A DNA stretch of 64,000 nt. It comes from an uncultured delta proteobacterium (lineage in GTDB: Bacteria > Myxococcota > Myxococcia > SLRQ01). The position numbers and the translations under genes were made by a program. Below the pieces are notes generated by a model. It made no database searches and had not been told where the DNA came from. It was given only the letters and a program-made list of their open reading frames with translations. Shown piece by piece: positions 17,974-27,523 of this stretch (the stretch's first letter is position 1; each line of letters begins with the position of its first letter). The stretch spans positions 1,152,001-1,216,000 of the forward strand of contig CAVSGM010000002.1 in the NCBI GenBank assembly GCA_963727485.1, read 5' to 3'.

Positions 17974-18131
17974 GGGCCGAATACCGCCACCTCCGGCGCC
18001 CGGTGGCAACCCTCGCGGCGGCCCGCGGGTCCGGCCCGCGGCGGCGCGAGACCCGGAGGCGCCGGCCCACAGATCCTTCCGGCGCCTCGTGCGTCACAGG
18101 CAGGCGAACCCGCCGCTCGAAGGAGCCCGCC

Positions 18132-19416
18132 ATGATCAAGACCGCCGCCCTCCTCGCCACCGCCGCCACCCTCTCCATCGCCGCCCTGGTGATGGGGGCC
18201 GCCACCCCGCCGAAGGCCGCCATCGCCCACAGCGACGCTCCGGCGGCGCGCCTGCCCGGGAACAGGTCGGACACGGCCATCACCTTCCCGATCCCCCCGG
18301 TGCCCCCCCCTGACACCCCGGACAAGGCGATGAAGCCGCCCATCCACGTCCACCACGCGCGCCGCCCGCGCATCGACATGGTCTTCGCCCTGGACACCAC
18401 CGGCTCCATGGGCGGGCTCCTCGAGGGCGCCAAGCAGAAGATTCTGGCACATCGTGAACAGCGTGGCCCAGGGCCAGCCGGCGCCCATCGTCCGGGTGGG
18501 CCTGGTCGCCTACCGCGACCACGGCGACGCCTACGTCACCCGGGTCACGCCGCTGTCCCGGGACATGGACTCGGTCTACGCCAGCCTCCACGCCCTCAAC
18601 GCCGCCGGCGGCGGGGACACCCCCGAGGACGTGGACCAGGCCCTCTACGACGCCGTCCACAAGATGAAGTGGGCCGGCCCCCAGTCGAACACCCTGCGCG
18701 TGCTCTTCCTGGTCGGCGACGCCCCGCCCCACACCAACTACCAGGACGTCCCCAGCTACCAGGCCACCCTCCGCGCCGCCGCGAGCCGGGGCATCGTGGT
18801 CAACGCCATCCGCTGCGGCAGCTACACCGCCACCGGCACGGTGTGGAACCGCATCGCCCGCCTGGGCCACGGCAGGTACCTGTCCATCGACCAGAACGGC
18901 GGCATGGTCGCCACCGCCACCCCCTACGACGGTCGCCTCGCCGCCCTCTCCGGCGCCCTCGACGACACCTACGTGCCCACCGGCAGCGCCGCCCGCCGCG
19001 CCGACGCCCACCGCGCCCTCCACACCTTCGCCGGGATGGCCGCCGAGGGCGGGGGCGGGGTCGCCGCCGACCGCGCCGCCTACCGCGCCCGGGCCCCCGA
19101 GGCCGCGCCGCCCCCGGTGGCCAAGGCCGACGTGGTCACCGCCTTCGCCAAGGACAAGAAGGGCGCCGAGGAGACCCTGGGCCACGCCGACCTCCTCCCG
19201 GCGAAGATGCGGAAGATGTCGCTCGCCGAGCGCAAGGCCTACGTGGCGCAGCAGGCCGAGAAGCGCGAGGCCGTCCGCAAGAAGATCGTCGAGATCTCCA
19301 AGGAGCGCAGCAACTGGCTCGCCCACCACGCCCCCAAGACCCAGGGCAGCTTCGACGCCGAGGTGGTGAAGGTGGTCCGCCAGCAGGCCGCCAAGAAGGC
19401 CCACGTCAAGTACTGA
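18132..19416 (+). CDS. Secreted von Willebrand factor A domain protein (frameshift near 18443)
   Basis: Signal peptide, MIDAS DTTGSM, then GLVAYRD, GGGDTPE and LVGDAPPH in the shifted frame. Confidence 0.85.
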
Positions 19417-19438
19417 CCGGCTCGCCAGGCCGGGGGGC

Positions 19439-19473
19439 CCGAGGGGGCCGTGGGGATGCCACGGCCCCCTCGG
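19439..19473 (+). terminator. Perfect 15-bp stem-loop after the vWA gene
   Basis: CCGAGGGGGCCGTGG-GGATG-CCACGGCCCCCTCGG followed by TGTTCT. Confidence 0.55.
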
Positions 19474-19490
19474 TGTTCTACAAGGGAGAC

Positions 19491-21308
19491 ATGGCCACCG
19501 TCCTCGAAGCGCGCCGCTCCCTCGCCCGGTTCCTCCACGTCCGATCCGCCGCCGGCCCGACCTTCACCCACGACGGGCAGGAGGTCGCCTACCTCACCAA
19601 CGTCACCGGCGTCAGCCAGGTGTGGACCGTGCCCTCCGCCGGCGGCCGGCCCGAGCAGCGAAGCTTCCACGCCGAGCGGGTGATGGAGGTGCGCGGCGAC
19701 CCGGTGAACGACCGCCTGGTCTTCGTCATGGACTTGGGCGGCGACGAGCACGGCCAGCTCCACCTCCTGTGCGAGGGGGGCGCTGTGGAGGTGGCCCTCA
19801 CCGAGTCCCCCGAGGTCATCCACCTCCTCGGCTGCTTCTCCGACGACGGCTCCCACCTCGCCTACGCCGCCAACGATTGCGACCCCGCGGCCTTCGACGT
19901 CTTCGTCCGCCCCGTCGGCCCCCGGGGCGAGGGCACCCCGAGACGGCTGCTGCGCTCGAGCGGGATGACCTACCCGGTGTGCTTCTCCCCCGACGGCCGG
20001 TCGCTGCTCGTGGAGGAGGCGCGCTCCAGCTTCGACCAGGATCTCCACCTGGTGGACCTCGAGACCGGCGAGCGCCGCCTGCTCACCCCGCGGAAGACCG
20101 GCGAGGCGGTGCGCCACACCGGCGCCGTGTTCACCCGCGACGGGAAGCACCTCTACCTGCGCTCCGATCGCGGCGACGACTTCGTCCGCCTCCTGCGCCT
20201 GCGCCTCGACGACGGCGCCTTCCAGGTGGTCGACGAAGGCGGCGCCGACGTGGAGCTTCTCGCCGGGAGCCACCACGGCGAGGGCCTCATCTACGTGCGC
20301 AACGTCGCGGGCATCAGCGAGGTCCACCACCTCGATCCCGAGACCGGCGCCGACACCGTGATCGAGGACCTGCCCGCGGGCGTGGTCACCGGCGTCGCCC
20401 TCTCGGTGGAGGGCCGCCGCGCCGCCCTCGCCGTGAGCGCCGACGACCGGCCCAGCGACCTCCACCTGGTGGCGCTCCCCGACGGGGCCCCGCGCCAGCT
20501 CACCTTCTCCAGCCTCGCCGGGATCCCCCAGGACGCCCTGGTCCCCGGGACCCCCGAGCGCTTCCCCACCTTCGACGATCGCCAAATCCCCGGCTTCCTC
20601 TACCGCCCCGAGGGCGAGGCGAAGCCCCCCTGCGTGGTCTACGTCCACGGCGGCCCCGAGGGGCAGTTCCGCCCCGAGTTCAACCCGGTGGTCCAGTACC
20701 TGGTGAACCGGGGCTACGCCGTGTTCGCCCCCAACGTCCGCGGCTCGGTGGGCTACGGCAAGGGCTTCGCCGCCCTCGACGACGTGCGCCTGCGCCTGGA
20801 CTCGGTGAAGGACCTCGAGGCCTGCGGCCGGTGGCTCGCCGCCCGGGACGACGTCGACGGCGCGCGCCTGGCGGTGATGGGCGGGAGCTACGGGGGGTTC
20901 ATGGTGCTGTCCACCCTGGTGGAGGCGCCGGACCTCTGGGCCGCAGGCGTGGACTTCGTGGGCATCGCGAACCTCGTCACCTTCCTGGAGCACACCGGCC
21001 CCTGGCGCCGCAAGCTCCGGGAGGCCGAGTACGGCTCGCTGAAGGACGACCGGGACTTCCTCACGCAGGTCAGCCCCATCCACCGCGCGGACCGCATCGC
21101 CGCGCCCCTGATGGTGATCCACGGCGCCCGGGACCCAAGGGTGCCGGTGTCCGAGGCGGAGCAGATCGTGGCGGCCCTGAAGGCGAAGGGTCAGCCGGTG
21201 ACCTACCTGCGCTTCGAGGACGAGGGCCACGGGATCGTGCGGCTGGCCAACAAGCTTGCGGCCTGGCCCGCGGTGGCCGACTTCCTCGACACCCACCTCC
21301 GGGGCTGA
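19491..21308 (+). CDS. S9 family serine peptidase (acylaminoacyl/dipeptidyl aminopeptidase)
   Basis: Beta-propeller N-terminus, HGGP, GGSYGG nucleophile, DPRVP, EGHG. Confidence 0.92.
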   Translation: MATVLEARRSLARFLHVRSAAGPTFTHDGQEVAYLTNVTGVSQVWTVPSAGGRPEQRSFHAERVMEVRGDPVNDRLVFVMDLGGDEHGQLHLLCEGGAVEVALTESPEVIHLLGCFSDDGSHLAYAANDCDPAAFDVFVRPVGPRGEGTPRRLLRSSGMTYPVCFSPDGRSLLVEEARSSFDQDLHLVDLETGERRLLTPRKTGEAVRHTGAVFTRDGKHLYLRSDRGDDFVRLLRLRLDDGAFQVVDEGGADVELLAGSHHGEGLIYVRNVAGISEVHHLDPETGADTVIEDLPAGVVTGVALSVEGRRAALAVSADDRPSDLHLVALPDGAPRQLTFSSLAGIPQDALVPGTPERFPTFDDRQIPGFLYRPEGEAKPPCVVYVHGGPEGQFRPEFNPVVQYLVNRGYAVFAPNVRGSVGYGKGFAALDDVRLRLDSVKDLEACGRWLAARDDVDGARLAVMGGSYGGFMVLSTLVEAPDLWAAGVDFVGIANLVTFLEHTGPWRRKLREAEYGSLKDDRDFLTQVSPIHRADRIAAPLMVIHGARDPRVPVSEAEQIVAALKAKGQPVTYLRFEDEGHGIVRLANKLAAWPAVADFLDTHLRG

Positions 21309-21348
21309 CGGCCGTCGCGCCGCCGTGCTACACGGGACGGTAGGAAGA

Positions 21349-21407
21349 TGGGCGGTGGCGTCCGCCCACGAACCGCCGCCGGGCTCCCGGTGGCCAATGA
21401 CGCCTAC
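21349..21407 (+). ncRNA. Fluoride (crcB) riboswitch
   Basis: GGGCGGTGGCGTCCGCCC-ACGAACCGCC...GGCCAATGACGCCTAC matches the consensus GGCGAUGGnGUUCGCC...AACCGC...GCUAAUGACnCCUAC; directly upstream of crcB. Confidence 0.9.
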
Positions 21408-21475
21408 GGCATGCGGCCACGCCGTGGGCGTCCTCCTGCGCTCTTCGGCGACTTCACCAACGTCACGGAGAGACG

Positions 21476-21859
21476 ATGATTCGCTTCCTCTGGATCTGCT
21501 TCGGCGGGGCGGTGGGCACCGGCGCCCGCTACCTCGTCTCCGGGTGGGCGGTGCGCCTGCTCGGCAGCTCGTTCGCCTGGGGCACGCTCGCCGTCAACCT
21601 CGTCGGCTCGTTCCTCCTCGCGGCGCTGATCCACCTGGGCACCACCACCGAGCTGATGAACCCCACCCTCCGCGCGGCCCTGACCACCGGCGCCATGGGC
21701 GGGTTCACCACCTACTCCACCTTCAGCTACGAGACCTTCCACTACTACCAGGAGGGGGCCGTGGCGCTGGGGACCGCCAACATCGCCATCACCGTCATCG
21801 CCTGCCTCGCCGGGAGCCTCCTCGGCTTCCTCGCGGCCCAGGCCCTGGTGGGTGCCTAG
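21476..21859 (+). CDS. crcB: Fluoride efflux channel CrcB/Fluc
   Basis: GGAVGTGARY, GTLAVNLVGS, GGFTTYSTFSYE. Confidence 0.95.
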   Translation: MIRFLWICFGGAVGTGARYLVSGWAVRLLGSSFAWGTLAVNLVGSFLLAALIHLGTTTELMNPTLRAALTTGAMGGFTTYSTFSYETFHYYQEGAVALGTANIAITVIACLAGSLLGFLAAQALVGA

Positions 21860-21860
21860 G

Positions 21861-22235
21861 ATGAGCAAGGAGACGACCATGCGCGCACTGGAAGGAGAGC
21901 AGCTCCTCGTCCGGGTGTTCATCGGCGAGTCGGACCGGTGGCACCACCAGCCCCTCTCGGTGGCCCTGGTGGAGCGGCTGCGGAAGGCCGGGTTCGCCGG
22001 GGCCACGGTGTTCCACGGGGTCGCGGGCTTCGGGGCCAAGAGCATCCTCCACTCCACCCACCTCCTGCGCCTCTCCGAGGACCTGCCGGTGGTCCTCGAG
22101 ATCGTCGAGGAGGAGGCCAAGGTGAACGCCGAGCTCCTCCCCATCCTCGACGAGATGGTGGACGAGGGGCTGGTCACCGTGGAGAAGGTCCGGGTGCTGC
22201 GCTACGCCCCGGCGAAGGCCCGGGCCGGCGGCTGA
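21861..22235 (+). CDS. DUF190 family (PII-like) protein
   Basis: FIGESDRWHHQPL, GATVFHGVAGFG, LRLSEDLPVVLEIV; usual crcB neighbour. Confidence 0.88.
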   Translation: MSKETTMRALEGEQLLVRVFIGESDRWHHQPLSVALVERLRKAGFAGATVFHGVAGFGAKSILHSTHLLRLSEDLPVVLEIVEEEAKVNAELLPILDEMVDEGLVTVEKVRVLRYAPAKARAGG

Positions 22236-22325
22236 CCGGCGGACCCGGGCTCTGACGCGGCGCACCACGCGGTGGGGACCAAGGCCCCTGCCCAAGGGGG
22301 CGAGGTGTGCTATGGAGACCCGCCC

Positions 22326-23519
22326 ATGCCCACGCGCAAGACCACCGGCAAGACCGGGGGCCCGGCCCCCACCGCCCGGGCCGTCCGCCGCCAGTTCCTC
22401 CACGCCCGGGAGGCGAGCCCCCAGCCGATCACCGGCCGGGAGAAGCCCGCCGAGCTCCTCGCCCACGCCTTCCCCGCCTACGTGGGGCGGCAGGTGCGAA
22501 ACGCCTACGAGCTGATGCGCCGCACGGTGGAAGAGGACCACACCCTCTTCCTCACCATGAGCGGCGCCATGACCCCCGCCGGCCTCCACCACAGCTGCAT
22601 CATCCCCCTGGTGGAGCGCGGGATCATCTCGGCGTTGACCACCACCGGCGCCAACCTCTACCACGACGCCCACCGGGTCATCGGCCACCGCGTCCGCGAG
22701 ATCGACCCCGACGCCGGCGACCTCGGCTACCGCCTCGGGCGCATCATCCGCATCTACGATCTCGGCTTCGACGAGCAGGCCCTCCTCGACACCGATCGCC
22801 TGTTCTCGGCGATCCTCATGGGCGAGGAGTTCCAGAAGCGGATGACCACCCCCGAGCTCCACTTCCTCCTCGGCAAGGCCCTCTACCGGCTGGAGAAGAA
22901 GCTCGGGGTCGAGCGGCCCTCGCTCCTGTCCACCTGCTACAAGCACCGGGTGCCCATCTTCGTGGGCGCGGTGCAGGACGGGTCGATCTTCCTCAACGTG
23001 GTCAAGCTCAAGGCCCTCTACGGCGAGAAGTTCAAGCTCGAGCTCGACGTCACCGCCGATGTCTTCGAGATGGCGGCGATGCAGCACTACGCCCGCCAGC
23101 AGTGGTCCGAGCAGGCGGCCATCTGGATCCTCGGCGGCGGCGTCCCCAAGAACTACACCCTCCAGGGCGAGCCCACCCTCTCGCAGATCCTCCTCGTCGA
23201 CGCCCGGGGCTTCGACATCGACGTGCAGCTCTGCGTCGACCCGGTGGACAACGGGGCGCTCTCCAGCTGCCCCGCCGGCGAGGGCCACACCTGGGGGAAG
23301 GTCACGGCCGATGCGGTGGCCACCGGCAGCCAGTACGTCCACTGCGATGTCACCGCGGTCTTCCCCTTCCTGGTGAGCGCCCTGCTCTCGGAGAAGGGCA
23401 GCCGCCGGAAGCCCCGCCGCCTCTATGACCACCGGGAGGCGGCGCTGGCGCTGCTTCGCGAGGAGGTGGCGAAGGGTCGCCGGAAGCTGAAGCGGACCGT
23501 CACCTGGGACCAGATCTAG
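22326..23519 (+). CDS. Deoxyhypusine-synthase-like protein (homospermidine biosynthesis type)
   Basis: SGAMTPAG, TTGANLYHD, ILGGGVPKN, GALSSC...EGHTWGK. Confidence 0.85.
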   Translation: MPTRKTTGKTGGPAPTARAVRRQFLHAREASPQPITGREKPAELLAHAFPAYVGRQVRNAYELMRRTVEEDHTLFLTMSGAMTPAGLHHSCIIPLVERGIISALTTTGANLYHDAHRVIGHRVREIDPDAGDLGYRLGRIIRIYDLGFDEQALLDTDRLFSAILMGEEFQKRMTTPELHFLLGKALYRLEKKLGVERPSLLSTCYKHRVPIFVGAVQDGSIFLNVVKLKALYGEKFKLELDVTADVFEMAAMQHYARQQWSEQAAIWILGGGVPKNYTLQGEPTLSQILLVDARGFDIDVQLCVDPVDNGALSSCPAGEGHTWGKVTADAVATGSQYVHCDVTAVFPFLVSALLSEKGSRRKPRRLYDHREAALALLREEVAKGRRKLKRTVTWDQI

Positions 23520-23528
23520 GGAGCCACC

Positions 23529-24227
23529 ATGCGCACGCTGCTCATCGGAGTCGGGGGGGTCGCGGTCCTCCTGGGCGTCATCTTCGTCGTCATCGGCCTC
23601 ACCGCCCCCAGCCAGGTGGTGATCCAGCACCGGCGGTTCATCGCCGCCGAGCCCCCCGCGGCGATGAAGGTCGTGGCCCAGGCCCAGAACTGGAAGGACC
23701 TGCTCGCCGCCGAGCAGCCGATCATCACCTCGGTGACCGTCGACAGCGGGAAGGCCCAGGGCGACGAGCCGGGCACCCCCCAGTGGACCTTCAAGTTCAA
23801 GAACGGGAAGGTCTGGCACCTGGTGGAGACCGCCTACGAGCCGCCCCACGACCTCCACCTCTCGGGGGTCGACGCCTCGGGCCTCTCGGACCTGCAGATC
23901 CACGTGCTCCTCGAGGCGGGGCTCCGGGGTGGGACGGTGGCCACCTTCCGCATCACCTTCTCCCCCGACGGCTTCGTCTCCAAGGCCGAGAGCCAGCTCG
24001 GCTACGCCGCCCAGATGCGCCACGTGGCCATCGGCTTCCTCGACCACGTCGCCGAGAAGCTCGGGGTGGCGGACATCGGGGTCGACGCCTACATCGCCAA
24101 GCTCGACGCCGAGCGCAAGAAGCAGGCGGCCGCCGCCGCCGACGGCGGGACGCCCGACGGGGGGACCGCCGACGGGGGCACCGCGGGCAGCACCGACGGG
24201 GGCACCGCCGCGGCCGCCGGCCACTGA
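23529..24227 (+). CDS. Membrane-anchored hypothetical protein (SRPBCC-like) with DGGT-repeat tail
   Basis: N-terminal TM helix; C-terminal ADGGTPDGGTADGGT. Confidence 0.55.
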   Translation: MRTLLIGVGGVAVLLGVIFVVIGLTAPSQVVIQHRRFIAAEPPAAMKVVAQAQNWKDLLAAEQPIITSVTVDSGKAQGDEPGTPQWTFKFKNGKVWHLVETAYEPPHDLHLSGVDASGLSDLQIHVLLEAGLRGGTVATFRITFSPDGFVSKAESQLGYAAQMRHVAIGFLDHVAEKLGVADIGVDAYIAKLDAERKKQAAAAADGGTPDGGTADGGTAGSTDGGTAAAAGH

Positions 24228-24236
24228 TCGGGGGCC

Positions 24237-25178
24237 ATGGACGCGCCTCACCGCGAGCCCCTCGCCGGCCTCACCCCCCTCGAGCGCTTCGCCTGGCGGG
24301 CGGCGGACGGGGTGGCCCGGCACCTGAAGTGGGCCGCCACCCTCTGGCAGCGGACCTTCGTGAGCGGGGTGGCCTGGCTCGCCGAGGGCCGGCGGGTGGT
24401 GGTCGACGGCCTCGAGCACCTCGAGGGCCTCGGCCCCGAGAGCCGGGTGCTCCTGGTCGCCGACCACCGCTCGTTCTTCGACTTCTTCGTGATCGGCGCG
24501 GTGGCCGTGTGGCGCAGCCGCCTCCCCCGGCGGGTCTTCTTCCCGGTCCGCTCGACCTTCTTCTACGACCACCCCCTGGGGATCGTGGTCAACGCCCTGA
24601 TGTCGGGGATGAGCATGTTCCCCCCGATCCTCCGGGACCGGAGCCGGCAGGCCTTCAACCTCTTCGCCCTGGAGCGGGTCAGCGCCGAGCTCGCCCGCCC
24701 CGGGACCCTGGTGGGGATGCACCCGGAGGGGACGCGGAACAAGGGCCCCGACCCCTACTCCTTCCTCCGGGCCAAGCCCGGGGTGGGCAAGATCGTCCTC
24801 GAGACCCCGGGGATCACGGTGATCCCGGTGTTCGTGGTGGGCCTGTCCAACGCGGTCCACCAGGAGATCGCCTGGAACCTCTTCCGGCCCAGGGCGCACC
24901 GGGTCCACGTGCGCTTCGGGGCGCCGGTGGACGTCACCGACCTCGCCGCCGGGGAGAGCCGCCCGGCCACCTGGCGCCGCGCCAGCCGCCGCTGCCTCGA
25001 GGCCATCGCCGCCCTCGGCGCCGAGGTGAGGGCCGAGCGGGAGGCCGCGGGGATCGAGGCCCCCCGTTCCCCTACGCCCAGTCCCGGGGCGCCCGGAGCA
25101 CCTCCATCAGCCGCGCCTCCTCGGGACCCGGGGTCCGCGGATCGTACGGATAGTGCACCACCGGCGGAAGGCTCATGA
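24237..25178 (+). CDS. Lysophospholipid/glycerol acyltransferase
   Basis: HRSFFD (HX4D) and HPEGTR motifs. Confidence 0.85.
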   Translation: MDAPHREPLAGLTPLERFAWRAADGVARHLKWAATLWQRTFVSGVAWLAEGRRVVVDGLEHLEGLGPESRVLLVADHRSFFDFFVIGAVAVWRSRLPRRVFFPVRSTFFYDHPLGIVVNALMSGMSMFPPILRDRSRQAFNLFALERVSAELARPGTLVGMHPEGTRNKGPDPYSFLRAKPGVGKIVLETPGITVIPVFVVGLSNAVHQEIAWNLFRPRAHRVHVRFGAPVDVTDLAAGESRPATWRRASRRCLEAIAALGAEVRAEREAAGIEAPRSPTPSPGAPGAPPSAAPPRDPGSADRTDSAPPAEGS

Positions 25179-25959
25179 GGATCGACTCGATGCGACCGCC
25201 GGTCTTCAGGCCGAAGAGCGTCCCCCGGTCGTAGACCAGGTTGAACTCCACGTAGCGGCCCCGGCGCAGCAGCTGCCAGGCCCGCTCGCCCTCGCCCCAG
25301 GGGTCGTCGAGGTGGGCCTCGACGAGGGGGCGGTAGGCGGGCACGAAGGCGTCGCCGGCGTCCCGGAGGAAGGCGAAGCGCGCCTCGAGGTCGTGGGCGT
25401 CGTCGGCGCCGAGGCCGTCGAAGAAGATCCCCCCGACGCCCCGGGCCTCGCCCCGGTGGGGGAGGTGGAAGTAGCGGTCGCACTCGGCCTTGAAGCGCGG
25501 GTAGTAGGCGGGGTCGTGGGCGTCGCAGGCGGCCCTGAAGGTCCGGTGGAAGTGCCGGGCGTCGGCGTCGACCAGGTAGTAGGGGGTGAGGTCGGCGCCG
25601 CCCCCGAACCAGGCGCCGCCACCCTGCTCCAGGTAGCGGAAGTTGGCGTGGGCGGTGGGGATCCGCGGGCTCCTCGGGTGGAGGACCAGGCTCACCCCGG
25701 TGGCGAAGAAGGCGGTGCCCTCACCCTGGAGCTCCCGGGCGAAGTCCGGGTCGAGCTCCCCGAACACCGCGGAGGTGTTCACCCCCGCCTTCTCGAAGAC
25801 CCGCCCGCCCTCGAGGACCCGGGTCCGCCCCCCGCCGCCGCCGTCGCGCGTCCACCGGTCCTCCCGGAACCGGCCGCCGTCCACCGCCTCGAGGGCGGCG
25901 CAGATGCGGTCCTGGAGGTCCTCGACGTAGGCCTGCACCCGGCTGCGAAGCGCGTCCAT
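25072..25959 (-). CDS. hemF: Oxygen-dependent coproporphyrinogen III oxidase
   Basis: [42 protein letters not shown]. Confidence 0.95.
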   Translation of the reverse strand: MDALRSRVQAYVEDLQDRICAALEAVDGGRFREDRWTRDGGGGGRTRVLEGGRVFEKAGVNTSAVFGELDPDFARELQGEGTAFFATGVSLVLHPRSPRIPTAHANFRYLEQGGGAWFGGGADLTPYYLVDADARHFHRTFRAACDAHDPAYYPRFKAECDRYFHLPHRGEARGVGGIFFDGLGADDAHDLEARFAFLRDAGDAFVPAYRPLVEAHLDDPWGEGERAWQLLRRGRYVEFNLVYDRGTLFGLKTGGRIESILMSLPPVVHYPYDPRTPGPEEARLMEVLRAPRDWA

Positions 25960-26138
25960 GGCGGCGCATTGTAGCGGCTCGGCGCCCGGAGGCGACCGGT
26001 AACCTCCGCCGGCCGGCGGCCTCCCCGGCGGGCGCGCGGGGCGCCCTGCCCCTCCCGGGACTCGGGGCAATGTGCCCCGTGGGTCGATTCGCCTCGCCGG
26101 CGACGGCGGCGAGCCTCGTGATTCCGGTGGGTTGGGCC

Positions 26139-26153
26139 TGGCACGAAGGCTGC
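26139..26153 (+). promoter_or_regulatory. sigma54 (-24/-12) promoter
   Basis: TGGCACGAAGGCTGC versus consensus TGGCACG-N4-TTGC, with exact GG-N10-GC spacing, about 50 nt before the response regulator ATG. Confidence 0.65.
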
Positions 26154-26200
26154 TAGAGCTCCCAGGCATGAGCCCCGAGCTTGCCGAGGAGTCCCCCCAC

Positions 26201-26620
26201 ATGGCCGCCGTGCACCCCCCGAGCCCCCAGCGGGGCCTTCCCAGGATCCTGATCGCCGAGGACGACGGCGAGATGCGTCGGCTTCTGGTGGGCGCCCTGG
26301 CCCGGGACGGCTACGAGGTGCTCTCGGCCCCCAACGGGATCGAGCTGCTCTCCGACCTCGCCGCCTCCCTCCTGAACCCCCAGGAGCGCCGGCCGGACCT
26401 CATCATCACCGACATGCGGATGCCCGGGGTCAGCGGCCTCGACATCCTCTCGGGCCTCCGGGCCGACGGTTGGCGGATGCCGGTCATCGTCATCACCGCC
26501 TTCGGCGACGCCAAGCTCCACGCGGAGGTGGAGCGCTACCCCGGCGCCGAGATCCTCGACAAGCCATTCGACCTGGACGACCTGCGCCAGCGGGTGAAGC
26601 ACCACCTCGGCCAGGACTGA
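26201..26620 (+). CDS. Single-domain response regulator
   Basis: [26 protein letters not shown]. Confidence 0.9.
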   Translation: MAAVHPPSPQRGLPRILIAEDDGEMRRLLVGALARDGYEVLSAPNGIELLSDLAASLLNPQERRPDLIITDMRMPGVSGLDILSGLRADGWRMPVIVITAFGDAKLHAEVERYPGAEILDKPFDLDDLRQRVKHHLGQD

Positions 26621-26634
26621 AGGAGGAACACGAG

Positions 26635-27510
26635 ATGCGCAAGGCCATCGGCCCCCACGACAGCTTCCAGACCTACCTGAACTCGGTCCGTCAAATCCCC
26701 GTCCTCGCCATCGAGGACGAGCAGGCCCTGGCGCAGCGCTACCGGGACACCGGCGACGAGGAGGCCGGCCGGGCGCTGGTGGTCCACAACCTGCGCTTCG
26801 TGGTCCGGGTCGCCTACCAGTACCGCGGCTACCGGATGCGGATGATCGACCTCATCCAGGAGGGCAACCTGGGCCTGATGAAGGCCGTGGAGCGCTTCGA
26901 CCCGGACCGGGGCAACCGGCTCATCACCTACGCGGTGTGGTGGATCCGCGCCTACATCCAGTCGTTCATCCTCCGGGCCTGGAGCATGGTGCGCTTCGGC
27001 ACCACCCGGGCCCAGCGGCGGCTGATGTTCGGGCTCACCAAGGCGAGGCAGGCCATCGCCAAGTTCAGCGACGGCACCGCCGAGGACGAGCAGCGGCTCA
27101 TCGCCGAGCGCCTCCACACCACGCCCCACGAGGTCGCCGACACCCTGCGGCGGATCTCCCAGCGGGACGCGAGCCTCGACGCCACCGTGGACCCCGACGA
27201 TCCCATGCCCATGGTCAGCCGCCTGCCCTCGGCCGAGCCCTCCCCGGAGGCGAGCCTGGCGCAGGAGACCCTCCGGCAGGCGGTCGCCGACCGGGTCGCC
27301 GAGCTGGTCCCCGAGCTCGACGACCGGGAGCGCTACATCCTCGAGCACCGGCTGATGGCCCACGAGCCCATGCTCCTCCGGGAGATCGCCGAGCGCTACG
27401 GGGTGAGCCGGGAGCGCATCCGCCAGGTGGAGTCGAAGCTCAAGCGCAAGCTCCAGCCCCGCCTGGCCGATCTGGCCGAGGCCGCGGATCTGGTCGAGGC
27501 CGCCGCCTGA
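26635..27510 (+). CDS. RpoH/sigma32-family RNA polymerase sigma factor
   Basis: DLIQEGNLGLMKAVERFDP, RpoH-box-like GTTRAQRRLMFGL, VSRERIRQVE; AGGAGG RBS. Confidence 0.9.
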   Translation: MRKAIGPHDSFQTYLNSVRQIPVLAIEDEQALAQRYRDTGDEEAGRALVVHNLRFVVRVAYQYRGYRMRMIDLIQEGNLGLMKAVERFDPDRGNRLITYAVWWIRAYIQSFILRAWSMVRFGTTRAQRRLMFGLTKARQAIAKFSDGTAEDEQRLIAERLHTTPHEVADTLRRISQRDASLDATVDPDDPMPMVSRLPSAEPSPEASLAQETLRQAVADRVAELVPELDDRERYILEHRLMAHEPMLLREIAERYGVSRERIRQVESKLKRKLQPRLADLAEAADLVEAAA

Positions 27511-27523
27511 CCGGCGGGCCCCG

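Noticed and set aside
18072..18095. ECF-sigma-like promoter (GATCC...CGTC) before the vWA gene
   Set aside because: Too short and degenerate to support
24140..24215. DGGT/DGG repeats here and at about 50390-50510 as a functional DNA repeat
   Set aside because: Low-complexity protein linker, common in secreted proteins of this kind
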